NCBI RefSeq assembly: GCF_009914755.1
Contig: NC_060937.1
Reading direction: 5' to 3' (one strand)
DNA length: 64,000 bases
Origin: the human T2T-CHM13v2.0 reference genome, Homo sapiens
Shown here piece by piece: positions 63,501 to 64,000 of this stretch. The notes under the pieces were generated by a model. The model saw only the letters and a list, made by a program, of their open reading frames with translations, was not told the origin of the DNA and searched no databases. The first letter of the stretch is position 1. Every line of letters starts with the position of its first letter. A program made the position numbers and the translations under genes.

Positions 63501-64000
63501 ATATGAAAGTACATCAAATATATATTTTATTCTGTACATAAAATATCAAAGTACACCAGATATATATTTTATAGTGTACATAAAGTATCAAAGTTCCCAA
63601 ACTATACATTATATACTGTACATAAAATATGAAATTACATCAAATATATATTATATTAGTTACCTAAAATATGAAAGTACATCAAATATAGATTATTAAC
63701 TGTACATAAAATATCAAAGAACCCCAAATATATATTATATACTGTACATGAAATATCAAAGTTCACAAACTATATATTATATACTGTACATAAAATATCA
63801 AAGTACCCAACGTATATATTCTATACTCTACAAAAAATATCAAAGTACCCAAAGCATGTATTATATACTGTACATAAAATATGAAAGTACATCAAATATA
63901 TATTTGATTCTGTACATAAAATAACAAAGTACACCAGATATATATTTTATAGTGTACATAAAATATCAAAGTACCCAAACTATACATTACATACTGTACA

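Larger units (their letters stand above)
1..64000 (+). repeat. Human Satellite 1A (HSat1A / classical satellite I / SAR) array: 42-bp monomer with 378-bp 9-mer HOR; array continues beyond both window edges
   Basis: Seen: continuous 42-bp periodicity with alternating 17-bp and 25-bp GTAC-delimited subunits. The translated frame repeats every 14 aa, with a 126-aa super-period (KYQSSQTIYYILYI-KYQSTQGIYSILYK-KYQSTQSMYYILYI-KYESTSNIYFILYI-KYQSTPDIYSIVYI-KYQSTQTIHYILYI-KYEITSNIYYIRYI-KYESTSNIDYILYI-KYQSTPNIYFILYM). Established: HSat1A is an AT-rich 42-bp (17+25 RsaI) satellite with a 378-bp 9-mer periodicity, found in pericentromeric arrays on chr3, chr4 and acrocentric chromosomes. The chromosome (and human versus close ape origin) cannot be fixed from this window. 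Confidence 0.96.
45400..64000 (+). repeat. HOR subfamily domain type II (long block), more diverged HORs with kb-scale nested repeats
   Basis: 377-bp HORs (m9 GTACCCAAAT) and m5 CACCAAATAT at 45.5-52 kb. From about 48.7 kb onward: AGATTATTAACT, TATTTTATAGTGT, ACATCTAGTATAG and AAAGAACCCC. No MKLHQ-type frameshift ORFs after 43958. Confidence 0.8.

Noticed and set aside
278-63699. All ORFs in the six-frame track as protein-coding genes
   Set aside because: They are translations of the 42-bp repeat. Starts and stops are set by sporadic variants and the 5-bp or 1-bp indels, and there is no recognisable domain or gene structure.
1-64000. CRISPR array (conserved ~20-bp core alternating with variable segments)
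   Set aside because: The variable segments are homologous to each other and recur every nine units rather than being unique spacers. There is no leader or cas gene.
1-64000. Alpha satellite, HSat2/3 or HSat1B
   Set aside because: No 171-bp monomer or CENP-B box, no CATTC repeats, and no Alu-derived GC-rich segment of the ~2.4-kb HSat1B unit. The 168-bp 4-mer is only coincidentally close to 171 bp.
1-64000. Inversions, transposon insertions or unique-sequence islands
   Set aside because: None seen on reading through: every line conforms to the 42-bp monomer in the same orientation.
1-64000. Hairpins/terminators or structured ncRNA from TGTACA, GTAC and ATATAT palindromes
   Set aside because: The palindromes are only 4-8 bp and AT-rich; no long inverted repeat or stable stem is evident.
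1-64000. Assignment to a specific chromosome
   Set aside because: HSat1A occurs on several chromosomes. Assignment needs alignment of rare k-mers to a T2T assembly, which I cannot run.

Overview
The whole 64-kb window is one uninterrupted, single-orientation, very AT-rich tandem satellite. It matches human classical Satellite I / HSat1A (RepeatMasker name SAR). The 42-bp monomer consists of a 17-bp part (ACATAAAATAT[C/G]AAAGT) and a 25-bp part (e.g. ACCCAAACTATACATTATATACTGT), each bounded by GTAC (RsaI) sites. Monomers form a 378-bp 9-mer higher-order repeat (HOR); by division the window holds roughly 170 HORs, or about 1,500 monomers. I see no genes, RNA genes, transposon insertions or inversions. 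All ORFs are artefacts of a repeat whose period is a multiple of 3 and whose consensus has one stop-free frame. The informative content is the array's internal history. Two HOR subfamily domains alternate (type I about 1-21.3 kb and 25.4-45.4 kb; type II about 21.3-25.4 kb and 45.4-64 kb). There are recurrent 373/377-bp HOR variants, monomer-skipping variants (4-, 5-, 6-, 8-, 10- and 11-mers), and kb-scale nested duplications with offsets 1260, 1507/3014, 1802, 2628/1877, 3481 and 4502/3373 bp. The most speculative functional leads are a very high density of Pumilio response elements on the + strand and one AATAAA per HOR on the - strand. Monomer numbers m1-m9 are my own, with m1 = ACATGAAATATCAAAGTTCAC. 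Offsets were derived by hand from the ORF track and shared marker variants, so boundaries are approximate.
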